A stretch of 32,000 bases of DNA from assembly GCA_036702865.1 (NCBI GenBank), contig DATNQD010000045.1, forward strand, positions 1 through 32,000, given 5' to 3'. This document shows, piece after piece, positions 10,434 to 20,317 of this stretch (position 1 is the stretch's first letter; the number at the start of each line of letters is the position of its first letter). Source of the DNA: Trichocoleus sp. (GTDB taxonomy: Bacteria > Cyanobacteriota > Cyanobacteriia > Elainellales > Elainellaceae). Made by a program: the position numbers and the translations under genes. The notes under the pieces are model-generated. The model worked only from the letters and a program-made list of their open reading frames with translations. It was not told the origin of the DNA and made no database searches.

Positions 10434-10910
10434 ATGATTCGATCTTGGATGGTAATTGGCGGCGTCACATTCGTTATTGCTCTAATTGGCGGCAGTATCA
10501 ATCCACCTCAGGGAGTGCAGTGGTTTAAGCGGCTTCGACGTCCTCAATGGCTTACCTTTGAGGCTGCTATTCCCCTAATCTGGATCACCATCTTTGTCTG
10601 CGGCGCATGGTCAGCCTACATTGTTTGGGAAAAAGACCCTAGTAGCTCCAAGACCTGGCTGTTGATGGCAGGCTATTTGCTGCTAGAACTGCTGACACTG
10701 GCATACAATCCCGTCATGGAGTTTCTTCGGAGCCTTAAAGCAGGCACAATCATTGGCGCAACTGGTGCCCTCTGGGGCATCCTCCTAACGCTCATCGTTC
10801 TACCCATTTCTGGCTGGGCAGCCCTCTTGCTCCTCCCCTATGTTCTTTGGAGCCCGATCGGCACTTATACGACTTGGGAAATGGCGAAGTTAAATCCAGG
10901 AGATGTTTAA
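10434..10910 (+). CDS. TspO/MBR family-like membrane protein; start trimmed to the ATG at 10434
   Basis: Small multi-helix protein with WFKRLRRPQWLTFEAAIPLIWITIFVCGAWSAYIVW and LLLPYVLWSPIGTYTTWEMAKLNP, resembling the TspO/MBR pattern. Confidence 0.75.
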   Translation: MIRSWMVIGGVTFVIALIGGSINPPQGVQWFKRLRRPQWLTFEAAIPLIWITIFVCGAWSAYIVWEKDPSSSKTWLLMAGYLLLELLTLAYNPVMEFLRSLKAGTIIGATGALWGILLTLIVLPISGWAALLLLPYVLWSPIGTYTTWEMAKLNPGDV

Positions 10911-11104
10911 GAGATAAGCAGAGACAGGAGAAGAAAAGAAAACTCCTGCCCCTATCATCCGCGCCCGACCATTTGAGGATTCGGCAAAGATTTGGTGCAA
11001 TTCGATCGCTTAGAGCTACAATCCTAACTGCCGAAACAGGTTATCTTGAAAGCCTTACGGCTGTGGTTGATGCAGTTCAAGCCGGACATTTGAGGAGAGT
11101 TGGT

Positions 11105-11572
11105 ATGGTTCGTTCCCTAGTTCCTTTACAAAAATTAATTCTCCGTGGTGCGGTAGCAGTTGCTGTTAGCATTCTGGCGGTCAGTTGCTCTGAGAGCAAA
11201 ACTTCTCAATGTAATAAGCTCATTGAGGTTGCGAATCAGGCAGTCACTCAGGTTCAATCAGTGACTCAGAACACTGATCCAAGTAATGCAAATCCTAATA
11301 ACGTTCAGGCGATGAGCAAAATTGCGGATGCAGCCGACCAGGCCCGATCGCAGATGCAAGCTTTACAGCTCTCGGACAATAACTTAAAAGCGTTTCAAGA
11401 TCGTTTTGTGGCAATGTATACCGAAACCAGTCAAGCGACGCGCGAACTGGTAGCAGCAGCAAATGCCAATAATCCTGAAAATGCTCAAAAATCATTCAAC
11501 GCACTGAAAGCAGCAACAGATAAAGAGAGTCCACTCGTGGAAGAAGTCAATCAGTTTTGCACGAAAGAATAA
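11105..11572 (+). CDS. Predicted lipoprotein of unknown function; likely start at the ATG at 11105
   Basis: MVRSLVPLQKLILRGAVAVAVSILAVSCSES is a basic n-region, hydrophobic core and lipobox-like LAVSC, followed by a helical hydrophilic domain ending NQFCTKE. Confidence 0.7.
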   Translation: MVRSLVPLQKLILRGAVAVAVSILAVSCSESKTSQCNKLIEVANQAVTQVQSVTQNTDPSNANPNNVQAMSKIADAADQARSQMQALQLSDNNLKAFQDRFVAMYTETSQATRELVAAANANNPENAQKSFNALKAATDKESPLVEEVNQFCTKE

Positions 11573-11702
11573 TTTGAGCAAACCTCAAGCCTTTAGTGAG
11601 GGGAAATTGCTGCTTCAAAATTGTTTTTTTGAATTGATGAACCAATAGCATACTGACAGCTAGCTACTCGTCGTCTATTGAAAGTCTATTGAAAGTTCCG
11701 CT

Positions 11703-12434
11703 TCAGGCTTTGCCGTAACGTGCAGTCCAGTTCTTATTAGGTTCAGACTGCTGCATCAGCCATGCCCATACCTGATCGCCTTGCGAAAAGTGCCACCACT
11801 CGCAGTGATGTTGTCGGAATCCTGCTGCTGTCATCACTTGCTTTAGCTGTTGACGATGAGCATGGAAGCGATCGGCATCTGCCTGAGTCAGCGTCTTGTC
11901 TTGCGTCCAGGCAGTTTTATCTGCAAAGTGATCAGGGTAGGAGCGGAGAGACATTTCATCAATTGCTGACCCCATTGCTACAGGCATCCCTGTTTCATCA
12001 ACCAGCGTCACATCGATCGCAGCTCCAGTACTGTGCGGCGGCGGCATTGCCGGATCGAGACTGGGAACTGCCCAAAACTGATAAACCTCTTCCCAAATGG
12101 TTTGCTGCTGCTCTAGAGTCAAATTTTCTAGTGATAAAGCTCGCTCTGCCAGCGTTTGGGCAAAGGTATAGTCCACCATATATTGCTGAACAGCGATCGG
12201 TCGATAGGCATCAAAAACGAGGATCTTCCAGCCTGGAAAATTTTGCTGAAGCAGCGATTGTGCCTGTAGCAAGCTGTTGAGAACAGTATGACGCAGGTAG
12301 TAAGGAGATTTATTACCGTAGGGAGCACCTCGTTTAACGTAAGGATGTGGTTCTTCAAGCGCAAAGCGATCGAGCGGAATCGGAACGAGCGGTTCACCAC
12401 ATTCGACGATCGAAATTTGCTGATAAGGCTTCAT
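11703..12434 (-). CDS. M15-family D-alanyl-D-alanine dipeptidase (VanX/DdpX-like)
   Basis: Motifs VFDAYRPIAVQQYM, PPPHSTGAAIDVTLVDETG (SxHxxGxAxD) and GFRQHHCEWWHFSQGD (ExxH metal/catalytic motif). Confidence 0.9.
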   Translation of the reverse strand: MKPYQQISIVECGEPLVPIPLDRFALEEPHPYVKRGAPYGNKSPYYLRHTVLNSLLQAQSLLQQNFPGWKILVFDAYRPIAVQQYMVDYTFAQTLAERALSLENLTLEQQQTIWEEVYQFWAVPSLDPAMPPPHSTGAAIDVTLVDETGMPVAMGSAIDEMSLRSYPDHFADKTAWTQDKTLTQADADRFHAHRQQLKQVMTAAGFRQHHCEWWHFSQGDQVWAWLMQQSEPNKNWTARYGKA

Positions 12435-13216
12435 AGCAGTGTTTACTAAAACAAGAGCATCGGTGTTTAGGATAGCAATCGATCAAGCTTTTTACTGCCT
12501 GAGTTTTCTTGCAACTGTTTTGATGCACATTGCATCTCTTAGAGTTTGAATTTTATCCAATTAGAAAGCGCTTTAAAGTCCAAAATCCAATTCTATTTTG
12601 GGAAATAGTAAACGAATTCAAATATGATTGAAAACTCGCAACGTCAGACTATAACAGGAATAAGCAGCTCAATAGAGCGATAACGGACGTCTTTTTGATG
12701 CTGAGCAGCGATCGTTTGTTGCAGTATTTAAAACAAATAGTAAGCCTGAATTCAGAGGCAGCATGACATCAATCCTAGTCATACTAAATCACCAAATAGT
12801 CAGGATAAATAACCCAATTATTTAGCAGAGAAAATAATATTAACTTTATTCGCCGTCTTACCGTCCATATTTCTGTAAAACAAAAACTTGAACCCAGCCA
12901 GTGCAGCGATGAGAACATCGATTACTGCTTTGCCAGCATAAGCAATCGAAAGTAAAGAACGATCGCTTCCTGAAACACGAATTCCTGAGAGCGGCATTCC
13001 GTCGAACACCTATGTTTTTGCCGTTTTTACAATTCAGGTGTTAGACCTGCGATAAATTTGTCCACAATAGGAGGGGGGTAAGACCTCACATCTATCAAAA
13101 ATCTACTAAACTCGCAATTCATCCAGATTGATCTCAGCCGAATTAACGATTGTTACTCCGATCGTTTGCCGGATTTTTGAACTTGCTTTCTGGATTCGCC
13201 TCAGGAGAACCGTTGG

Positions 13217-14176
13217 ATGAGCGACAAGACCGACCTTAACCAAATCAGCCGTCTGCTTATGAGCCTGGAACGATCGAAGAAACCTAAAATGCTCGTGGTT
13301 GATGATGAACCTGATAACCTTGACTTGCTCTACCGCACGTTTCGTCGAGAATTTCATGTACTGCGGGCTGAGAGCGGAGTTACGGCGTTGGAGATGCTAG
13401 CAACAGAAGGTGAAGTTGCGGTTATTATCTCTGACCAACGGATGCCAGAAATGAAAGGGACAGAATTTTTGAGCAAGACTGTGCCCCAGTTCCCTGACAC
13501 CATGCGGATCATTCTGACCGGTTTCACAGATGTTGAAGATCTGGTCGAGGCAATTAACTCTGGACAGGTCTATAAATACATCACCAAACCCTGGAACCCT
13601 GAAGAGCTTAAAACAGTGGTTCATCGGGCGGCTGAAACCTACGACCTTCTGAAGCAGCGGACGGAAGAACTCCAACGGGCACAAGCACAAATTACGCTGC
13701 TCGATGCGATCGTCCAGATTACGCACCAATCTTGCTCAGATGCCGATCGCCTGAATGCCATCGCTGCCGCCTACCGTGAAGCCTTTTCTACGGATATCTG
13801 CATTCTGCAATACTCTGAGGATTTAGGGCTGGCATTTGACAGCGTGATCAGCAGCCGCGTCAAGGAGACCTGCAAAACCTGGTTAAACCAGGACCCTCTG
13901 ACTCAAACTGTGATCCAATCTAAGCAAATGCAAGTGACGGTCGAAAGTTCTGCCACTCCTTTGCCCCAAATGTATCTCGATGCCGGGATTCAGGCTCATC
14001 TCCTCGTTCCGGTGCTATTTCGCGAGCGCGTTCTGGCAGTGCTTTCACTCCAGTGGGCACATCCTTATGGCTTGCGGGAAGACGAGCTATCGCTGCTGAA
14101 TCTATCGACTCATCTGGTTGGCATCGCTCTCAGCGGAATGAACTCTCACCATGCAATGATGGAAGCCAATGTGTAG
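13217..14176 (+). CDS. Response regulator: N-terminal REC domain plus C-terminal GAF-like domain
   Basis: KMLVVDDEPDNLDLLYRTFRREFHV...VIISDQRMPEMKGTEFL...MRIILTGFTD...YKYITKPWNPEEL, then a GAF-like region (LLDAIVQITHQS...AHLLVPVLFRERVLAVLSLQW). Confidence 0.88.
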   Translation: MSDKTDLNQISRLLMSLERSKKPKMLVVDDEPDNLDLLYRTFRREFHVLRAESGVTALEMLATEGEVAVIISDQRMPEMKGTEFLSKTVPQFPDTMRIILTGFTDVEDLVEAINSGQVYKYITKPWNPEELKTVVHRAAETYDLLKQRTEELQRAQAQITLLDAIVQITHQSCSDADRLNAIAAAYREAFSTDICILQYSEDLGLAFDSVISSRVKETCKTWLNQDPLTQTVIQSKQMQVTVESSATPLPQMYLDAGIQAHLLVPVLFRERVLAVLSLQWAHPYGLREDELSLLNLSTHLVGIALSGMNSHHAMMEANV

Positions 14177-14195
14177 GATCAAAAGATAGTGTTGT

Positions 14196-14918
14196 TTGGC
14201 ATCGAAACCTGTGACTTCTTCTCCGCCCCCAGCCCAAGACGTTCAGGCGTTATTCGATCGGATTGCGCCTGCCTATGATCAGTTAAATGACTGGCTCAGT
14301 TTAGGGCTGCATCGCGTCTGGAAACAGATGGCAGTGAAATGGAGCAATGCGCGTCCTGGGTCTGTTTGTATTGATGTCTGTTGTGGGAGCGGCGATCTGG
14401 CACGTCTGCTGGCAAAACAAGTTGGGCAAACAGGGCAGGTCTATGGAGTTGATTTTTCCTGCGGTCAACTCTCGATCGCCCGTGAACGGACTGCTCAAAG
14501 CTTTCCACCGCTTCCTATAACCTGGATTGAAGGAGATGCCCTAAATCTACCCTTTGAAGCCAACTTTTTTGACGCTGCCACCATGGGCTATGGCTTACGC
14601 AACGTCACTGATATTGTGCAAAGCCTCAAAGAACTCCATCGCGTTTTGAAACCCGGAGCCAAAGCTGCAATTCTCGACTTCCACCGTCCTGAGAACCCTC
14701 CCCTGCGAGCTGCCCAACAATGGTATCTCGATCATTTTGTGGTACCAATTGCTCAAAACCTAGGATTGCGCGACGAATACGCTTATATCAGCCCTAGTCT
14801 CGATCGATTTCCACTGGGTTCTGAGCAGGTCAGCCTTGCCCAACAAGCTGGATTTACCCAAGCCATCCACTATCCGATCGCGGCTGGTGCAATGGGCATT
14901 CTCGTTGCCACAAAATAA
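14196..14918 (+). CDS. menG: Class I SAM methyltransferase of the UbiE/MenG family, probable demethylnaphthoquinone (phylloquinone pathway) methyltransferase; reported ORF begins at a TTG
   Basis: VQALFDRIAPAYDQLNDWLSLGLHRVWKQMAV...VCIDVCCGSGDLA...GYGLRNVTDIVQSLKELHRVLKPGAKAAILDFHRP. Confidence 0.9.
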   Translation: MASKPVTSSPPPAQDVQALFDRIAPAYDQLNDWLSLGLHRVWKQMAVKWSNARPGSVCIDVCCGSGDLARLLAKQVGQTGQVYGVDFSCGQLSIARERTAQSFPPLPITWIEGDALNLPFEANFFDAATMGYGLRNVTDIVQSLKELHRVLKPGAKAAILDFHRPENPPLRAAQQWYLDHFVVPIAQNLGLRDEYAYISPSLDRFPLGSEQVSLAQQAGFTQAIHYPIAAGAMGILVATK

Positions 14919-15017
14919 GTAGCTCCAAAATAAAATAGATAATTAGAACATCACTCCTCACGAAACTCTCTCCCGCCATTTTCTGCTCCCGCATCCCCCC
15001 TATCCCCTTCACCCCCA

Positions 15018-16247
15018 TTGGACCTCGTAACGCTCTGGACACTCACAGCACCCCCAATCGTGGGTGGCATTATTGGTTATTTCACCAATGACATTGCCAT
15101 TAAGATGCTGTTTCGCCCCTATCGGCCCATCTACATTGGTGGACGTCGATTGCCCTTCACGCCTGGTTTAATTCCAAGCAACCAGGAACGATTGGCAAAG
15201 CGAGTTTCTGACACGATTATGGGATCGCTGCTAACGCCAGAAGAACTGCAAAAACTGGCTCGAAAGCTGTTGCAGATCGATCGGACTCAGGCAGCAATTC
15301 GATGGCTGCTCAACTTGGCATTGAATCAAATCCAGGGAAGCAATCAGGAGAAAGCCGCGAAGGTCATTGCAAATATTCTGCGTGATTTGCTGGGACAGTC
15401 GCTGCCGCGTTTGATGAAAGTGCTGGCAAGGCGAGAAGATTTTCTAGAAACGCAACTCAACCAGTTATTTGATCAGGTGTTGTTGGAGCTACGGTTAACC
15501 GACGCTCAGGCAGGGCAACTTGCATCCTGGGTGCTAGAGGTCGTTATTCCGCCTGATGTCATTCGCCAGCTAATCGTTGACTTTTTAACCGATCGCAACA
15601 TCAAAATTATTGATGATGGTCTGCGCGAAAAGACAAGTGGAACTGCCTGGGTCGTTGCCAATTTGTTTGGAATTCGGAATACGTTAACTCGCCTGCGAAC
15701 CTACTGCCTGGATGAACGCGAAGAAAGCAATGTTCGCCTAACAGAGCTGATTCAGTCCTTAGGCGTGCGCGATCGGCTCAGAGAAACCCTGCAAAATCTC
15801 TCTCTGCAAAATCTACCGATCACCACTGTTCGTCAACTGCGAAAAACAATGCGGGACACCGTGCGGACTTACCTGCAAGAAAAAGGCTCTAACGTACTGC
15901 AAGGGCTGAGTGATTCGATCGATTGGTACAACGTTGCTAATCTGCTGCTCAATCGACTTCGCACTTCGGAAGTTGTCAGCAGTTCCCTCGAACCCATCAG
16001 CTATGAGCTAGCTCTGATACTAGAACGCTATCTGGAGCGAGATTTAGAAACCCTTGTCGAACAGGTTATCCCCATTCTTAATATTGATCAGGTGATTATT
16101 AATCGGGTGCAGGCAACGTCTCCATCTGATCTGGAAGACGCAATTCAAGGCATTGTCAAAAACGAACTCCAGGCGATCGTCAATTTAGGCGGCGTTCTCG
16201 GATTCGTCATTGGTTTAATTCAAACTGGCTCACTGCTGCTTCGGTAA
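15018..16247 (+). CDS. DUF445 family membrane protein
   Basis: [55 protein letters not shown] is the DUF445 signature, with a C-terminal hydrophobic segment. Confidence 0.9.
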   Translation: MDLVTLWTLTAPPIVGGIIGYFTNDIAIKMLFRPYRPIYIGGRRLPFTPGLIPSNQERLAKRVSDTIMGSLLTPEELQKLARKLLQIDRTQAAIRWLLNLALNQIQGSNQEKAAKVIANILRDLLGQSLPRLMKVLARREDFLETQLNQLFDQVLLELRLTDAQAGQLASWVLEVVIPPDVIRQLIVDFLTDRNIKIIDDGLREKTSGTAWVVANLFGIRNTLTRLRTYCLDEREESNVRLTELIQSLGVRDRLRETLQNLSLQNLPITTVRQLRKTMRDTVRTYLQEKGSNVLQGLSDSIDWYNVANLLLNRLRTSEVVSSSLEPISYELALILERYLERDLETLVEQVIPILNIDQVIINRVQATSPSDLEDAIQGIVKNELQAIVNLGGVLGFVIGLIQTGSLLLR

Positions 16248-16405
16248 TATTGAGATTCTTTAAGACAGAATGGAAGTAAGCTTGAGCAATTCGCTTGTTG
16301 CTATAGACTTCTGTAAATGTCTGAAAAAATCCTTTAATCACTAGGGAACAATGAAAGAACAACGAGCGTAGTCGCTGTGAGTTGATACGACCGTTAGGTA
16401 GATCC

Positions 16406-17437
16406 ATGCCGCCTCTCAAGCTTTCAGAATATCAGTTTCAGGCTTTTCAAAACTTTGCCGAGGCCTCAGCTGGCGTTTTAGACTTCTTGCAAAAGAGAGT
16501 AGGTTTTGGCTTGTGGATGGTGACGCGCACCGAAGGCGATGACTGGATTGTTTTAGTAACCAACAACACGGCATCTAATGTTTACCAAGTCAAACAAGGG
16601 GATGTGTTGCACTGGTGTCACTCCTATTGTTGCCAAATGGTGCAGGGATTAGGACCCTACGTCGCACCTCGATCGCAAGAAATTCCGGTTTATGCCAACG
16701 CCTTAATTAACAACCAAGTTCCCATCGCTGCCTATATTGGCGTACCCCTAACCTGGGCAGATGGTCGTCTCTTTGGGACACTTTGTGCGATCGATCCTGA
16801 ACCCCAACCTGAATCGATCCTTGCAGAACTGCCAGTCATTCAAATTCAGGCGCAGTTGCTCTCAACCATTTTGACATCAGAACTGAAAGCGCAGGCTTGT
16901 TCTCGCCATTTGGAACAAGTTAGAACTGAATCGCAACTGGATAAGCTGACGGGAGTTTATAACCGTCGTGGCTGGGATCGACTCGTCATGGTTGAAGAAG
17001 AACGATGCCAGCGTTACGGCAGTCCTGCCAGCATTATTATCCTTGACTTGGACAATCTCAAGGTGATCAACGATCAATATGGACATGTCGCAGGCGATCG
17101 ATTGCTGCAAAAGACAGCAGCCTGTTTGATCAGCGCTGTCCGGCAAAATGACGTTTTAGCACGATTAGGCGGCGATGAATTTTCAGTTCTGGCAATTGAG
17201 GCAGGAGCTAATGTTGCCCAAGAAATTGTCGATCGGATTCACAAAAAATTGGCTGAGACGGGCATTGCAGCTTCGGTCGGTTGGGCAGTCCGAGAACCAC
17301 ATACTGGCATTCCGATCGCGATCGAGGCGGCAGATGCTCGAATGTATGAAGCCAAACGGCAAAAACATCTGACTCCTCCCCGGCTCAAACGCTTCTCATT
17401 TCTGACTCCGTTCTCGTTCAAGCATCACCCTCATTAA
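16406..17437 (+). CDS. GAF-GGDEF protein, probable diguanylate cyclase; start trimmed to the ATG at 16406
   Basis: GAF-like N-terminus (VPIAAYIGVPLTWADGRLFGTLCAIDPEPQ) and a GGDEF domain with intact RLGGDEFSVLAIE. Confidence 0.92.
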   Translation: MPPLKLSEYQFQAFQNFAEASAGVLDFLQKRVGFGLWMVTRTEGDDWIVLVTNNTASNVYQVKQGDVLHWCHSYCCQMVQGLGPYVAPRSQEIPVYANALINNQVPIAAYIGVPLTWADGRLFGTLCAIDPEPQPESILAELPVIQIQAQLLSTILTSELKAQACSRHLEQVRTESQLDKLTGVYNRRGWDRLVMVEEERCQRYGSPASIIILDLDNLKVINDQYGHVAGDRLLQKTAACLISAVRQNDVLARLGGDEFSVLAIEAGANVAQEIVDRIHKKLAETGIAASVGWAVREPHTGIPIAIEAADARMYEAKRQKHLTPPRLKRFSFLTPFSFKHHPH

Positions 17438-17470
17438 TGAGACATGAAAATGAGACATGAACTGAGAAAT

Positions 17471-18481
17471 TTAGAGCCGCTTCGAGAAACCCAAGGCAGA
17501 TTTCACCTTCTCCAGCGTCACATTGGCGATCGATTCTGCTTTCTCCCGTCCCTCTCGCAGCACTTTCTCCAGATAGCCAGGCTCATCCATGATGGCATTG
17601 TACTTTTCTTGGATTGGCTGGAGTGCGCCGATCACAGTCTCCGTCAGCAATGGTTTAAATTGTCCCCAGCCCATGTCCGCGCATTCTGCGGCAACAGCTT
17701 CTTTCGTTTGGTTGGAGAGGATCATATAAAGCGATAGAAGATTATTGCATTCTGGACGATCGGGGTCATCAAAAGTGAGTCCACGCACAGAATCGGTTTT
17801 GCAGCGTTTGAGCTTGCGCTGAATCTCATCAGGTGGATCAAGCAAATTGATTCGGCTTAAGTCAGATGGATCAGACTTCGACATTTTCTTGGTTCCATCC
17901 GTTAAGCTCATCACTCTCGCCCCTTCCTTCCGAATCATTGGATCAGGCAGCTTGAGAATTGGCTGGTCTTCCTTGCCAAACAAATAATTCAAGCGAGCAG
18001 CGATATCGCGAGTCAGTTCTAGGTGCTGCTTTTGGTCTTCTCCCACAGGCACTTTATCTGGCTCATAAAGCAAAATGTCTGCGGCTTGCAGCACTGGATA
18101 GGTTAATAATCCAGCCCCCACATTTTCCCCTTGCTTGATCGCTTTTTCCTTGAACTGCACCATATCTTCCAGCCAGTTAAGCGGCGTAATGCAGTTGAGC
18201 AACCAGGCAAGCTCCGTATGAGCCGGAACATGAGATTGAACAAAAATTGTGGCGTAGTCCAGGCTAATTCCGCAAGCCAGGTACATGGCAGCAACTTTAT
18301 AGGTATTCTTCGCCAGTTTGATTGGGTCATGAGGAACGGTAATGGCATGAAGATCAGCCATAAACAAAAAGCTGTCAAAATCTTGCTGAATGTCCACCCA
18401 ATTCCGAATCGCACCCAGATAGTTCCCCAGATGTAAATCACCTGTTGGCTGAATTCCGGAGAGAACACGCGGCTTACCCAT
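17471..18481 (-). CDS. trpS: Tryptophanyl-tRNA synthetase
   Basis: MGKPRVLSGIQPTGDLHLGNYLGAIRNWVDIQ...GEDQKQHLELTRDIAARLN...KMSKSDPSD (KMSKS motif). Confidence 0.98.
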   Translation of the reverse strand: MGKPRVLSGIQPTGDLHLGNYLGAIRNWVDIQQDFDSFLFMADLHAITVPHDPIKLAKNTYKVAAMYLACGISLDYATIFVQSHVPAHTELAWLLNCITPLNWLEDMVQFKEKAIKQGENVGAGLLTYPVLQAADILLYEPDKVPVGEDQKQHLELTRDIAARLNYLFGKEDQPILKLPDPMIRKEGARVMSLTDGTKKMSKSDPSDLSRINLLDPPDEIQRKLKRCKTDSVRGLTFDDPDRPECNNLLSLYMILSNQTKEAVAAECADMGWGQFKPLLTETVIGALQPIQEKYNAIMDEPGYLEKVLREGREKAESIANVTLEKVKSALGFSKRL

Positions 18482-18647
18482 AAACGTTACTCGATTCCCG
18501 TTGAAATACCTCTCATCATTTTGCCCGATCGCACCCAGAACAGTGTTTTTTGCAAACCATTATCTTTGGCACAGGGCAGGTCGAGCGACCTATAATTTAA
18601 GAAATGTAACAGATTTAGGCTCCAGTTCTGGCAAATCCGGATTTATC

Positions 18648-18947
18648 ATGCCTCAAATGTCTTATCGAGCGATCGATCAGTTTCAAGCTTGTTTGTCTCT
18701 TGCCGCCGATCTGTCCCGTCATGCTGAAGCAAAACAAGCCTTCTCAAAATTGCACAACGAGCTAGCGACCGATCACCCTTTTGCCGCACAAATGCTCGAA
18801 CTCGCCTGGAACGAAGTGCTTGCCGCAAAGCGATCGGCAGGTTTCTGGGAGCGGATTTCTAACGCAGAGCGCCAGATGACAGAGCAAATGGCAGCCAGCC
18901 ATGTCCAGCTTCAGCAAAACTATCTGCGCTTGATCCAGGAACAGTAA
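18648..18947 (+). CDS. Small conserved-looking hypothetical protein (99 aa); start trimmed to the ATG at 18648
   Basis: MPQMSYRAIDQFQACLSLAADLSRHAEAKQAFSKLHNELATDHPFAAQMLELAWNEVLAAKRSAGFWERISNAERQMTEQMAASHVQLQQNYLRLIQEQ. No competing ORF of comparable quality. Confidence 0.7.
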   Translation: MPQMSYRAIDQFQACLSLAADLSRHAEAKQAFSKLHNELATDHPFAAQMLELAWNEVLAAKRSAGFWERISNAERQMTEQMAASHVQLQQNYLRLIQEQ

Positions 18948-19002
18948 ACTGCTCCATCACTGATTGTTTTCCTGGCAACGAGAAAGCAAAACAAAAACAA
19001 AA

Positions 19003-19020
19003 AGCAGCCCGAAGGCTGCT
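19003..19020 (-). terminator. Candidate intrinsic terminator, strongest when read on the minus strand
   Basis: Minus strand reads AGCAGCC-TTCG-GGCTGCT followed by TTTTTGTTTTTGTTTT: a 7-bp perfect stem, a UUCG-type tetraloop and a U-rich tail. On the plus strand the stem is followed only by CTAACAATCTTT. Confidence 0.6.
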
Positions 19021-19159
19021 CTAACAATCTTTCACCTGATTTGGGTCTAGGTTATCAAGACAGCCATCGTCTTGTCGGTCGCCCAGCACACATTTCCAGC
19101 TTTTTTGCCAAAGTTGGGATCGCATATGATTTTGTAGTACTGCCAGCAACGGGCAAACT

Positions 19160-20230
19160 ATGAGCCAATCCCCCCTCGATCGCACCACCATTCCGCCCGC
19201 CGGACATGGACTGCTCAGCATCGTCGTTGGTGCAACTTATCCGCTTCGGGCACTCTGGCTCTTTCTGAAAACACCCCGGCTGCGACGCTACATCCTCATC
19301 CCGATTCTGATCAACATCGTGATTGGAGTGACGCTTTATGCCACTCTCCTGTTTGCCGGATTGAGCGCGATCGACCAGTTCATTAGCAATGTCCCGATTT
19401 GGATTGCTCAACTTTCGCAGATTTCTGAGAGCTTGCCGCAAGTTGGACTGCCCAATCAGATTGCCAACTTACCCCACTGGAACGTTCACTTCCCCCATGT
19501 TTCTCTCCCCAATCTAACGACCTATCTGCCCCACTGGAACATTCCCCTCCCTCATTGGCAAATCCAGTTTCCGCAGATCCAGTTTCCCGCTGTTCGGGTG
19601 CCAAATGGGTTGATGCAGTGGCTCTCTACCCTTTCCAGCGAGGCAATTGCTTTTTCAATCTGGCTCCTGCGTCTGGCATTAAGTCTGGTTTTGCTACTGG
19701 CAACAGGATTTGTGCTGCTGCAATTTGGTGTTTTGCTGGGCGCACCCTGGTATGGCAAGCTGTCTGAGGAACTGGAAAAGCTTCGAACTGGGCAATTACG
19801 AACAATCGAGGTTAGTCCCTTTCAAGAAGTGAGTCGAGCGATCGGGTATGAAGCGAAAAAGCTGGTGATCACGATCGGGCTTGGTTTACCTCTCCTGTTG
19901 CTGAATTTTTTTCCAGGCGTTGGGACTCTGGTTGCCTCCGTTGGAGGAGTGCTTTTGGCAGCGACGATTGTCTGTCTCGACTTTCTTGATTCAGCCGTTG
20001 AGCGTCGTCGTCCTCGCTTTCGCGCCAAGCTAGGAATGATTGGGCGTAGTCTGCCTGCGAGTGGTAGCTTTGGGCTGGTTTGTCTGGGTTTAGTCAGCAT
20101 CCCCTTTGTCAATTTGCTGGCAATTCCGATCTGTGTTGCCGCTGGAACGCTGTTTTTCTGCGATCGGATTCTGCCCCAGATTGACTCTAAACTAATTCAG
20201 CGAGATGCCCTCAAGCTGAGATCGGAATAA
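19160..20230 (+). CDS. EI24/CysZ-like multi-pass membrane protein with an unusual Pro/His/Trp-rich loop
   Basis: GATYPLRALWLFLKTPRLRRYILIPILINIVIGVTLYATLLF, C-terminal FLDSAVERRRPRFRAKLGMIGRSLPASGSFGLVCLGLVSIPFVNLLAIPICVAAGTLFFCD. Confidence 0.8.
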   Translation: MSQSPLDRTTIPPAGHGLLSIVVGATYPLRALWLFLKTPRLRRYILIPILINIVIGVTLYATLLFAGLSAIDQFISNVPIWIAQLSQISESLPQVGLPNQIANLPHWNVHFPHVSLPNLTTYLPHWNIPLPHWQIQFPQIQFPAVRVPNGLMQWLSTLSSEAIAFSIWLLRLALSLVLLLATGFVLLQFGVLLGAPWYGKLSEELEKLRTGQLRTIEVSPFQEVSRAIGYEAKKLVITIGLGLPLLLLNFFPGVGTLVASVGGVLLAATIVCLDFLDSAVERRRPRFRAKLGMIGRSLPASGSFGLVCLGLVSIPFVNLLAIPICVAAGTLFFCDRILPQIDSKLIQRDALKLRSE

Positions 20231-20317
20231 TTGGAGCTTAAAAAGGCAAAAGGACAAACAAAATGTCTGCCCTAACAAAAACTAGATTTTGCATAAGTAA
20301 CGATAATCCCCAAAAGC

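Noticed and set aside
10847-11104. N-terminal extension of the lipoprotein ORF
   Set aside because: It overlaps the end of the TspO-like gene. The signal peptide and lipobox begin at the internal ATG at 11105.
11762-12400. Plus- and minus-strand ORFs within the VanX-like gene (11762..12280, 12128..12400)
   Set aside because: The M15 peptidase frame has all catalytic motifs; the others show no recognisable pattern.
13106-13357. Minus-strand 83-aa ORF overlapping the response regulator start
   Set aside because: It is antisense to a well-supported REC domain and its start region, with no homology signature.
19055-19767. Several antisense ORFs over the EI24-like gene (19055..19441, 19383..19604, 19552..19758, 19555..19767)
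   Set aside because: The plus-strand membrane protein frame is clearly coding. These reflect the antisense of its repeat-like loop and GC-rich start.
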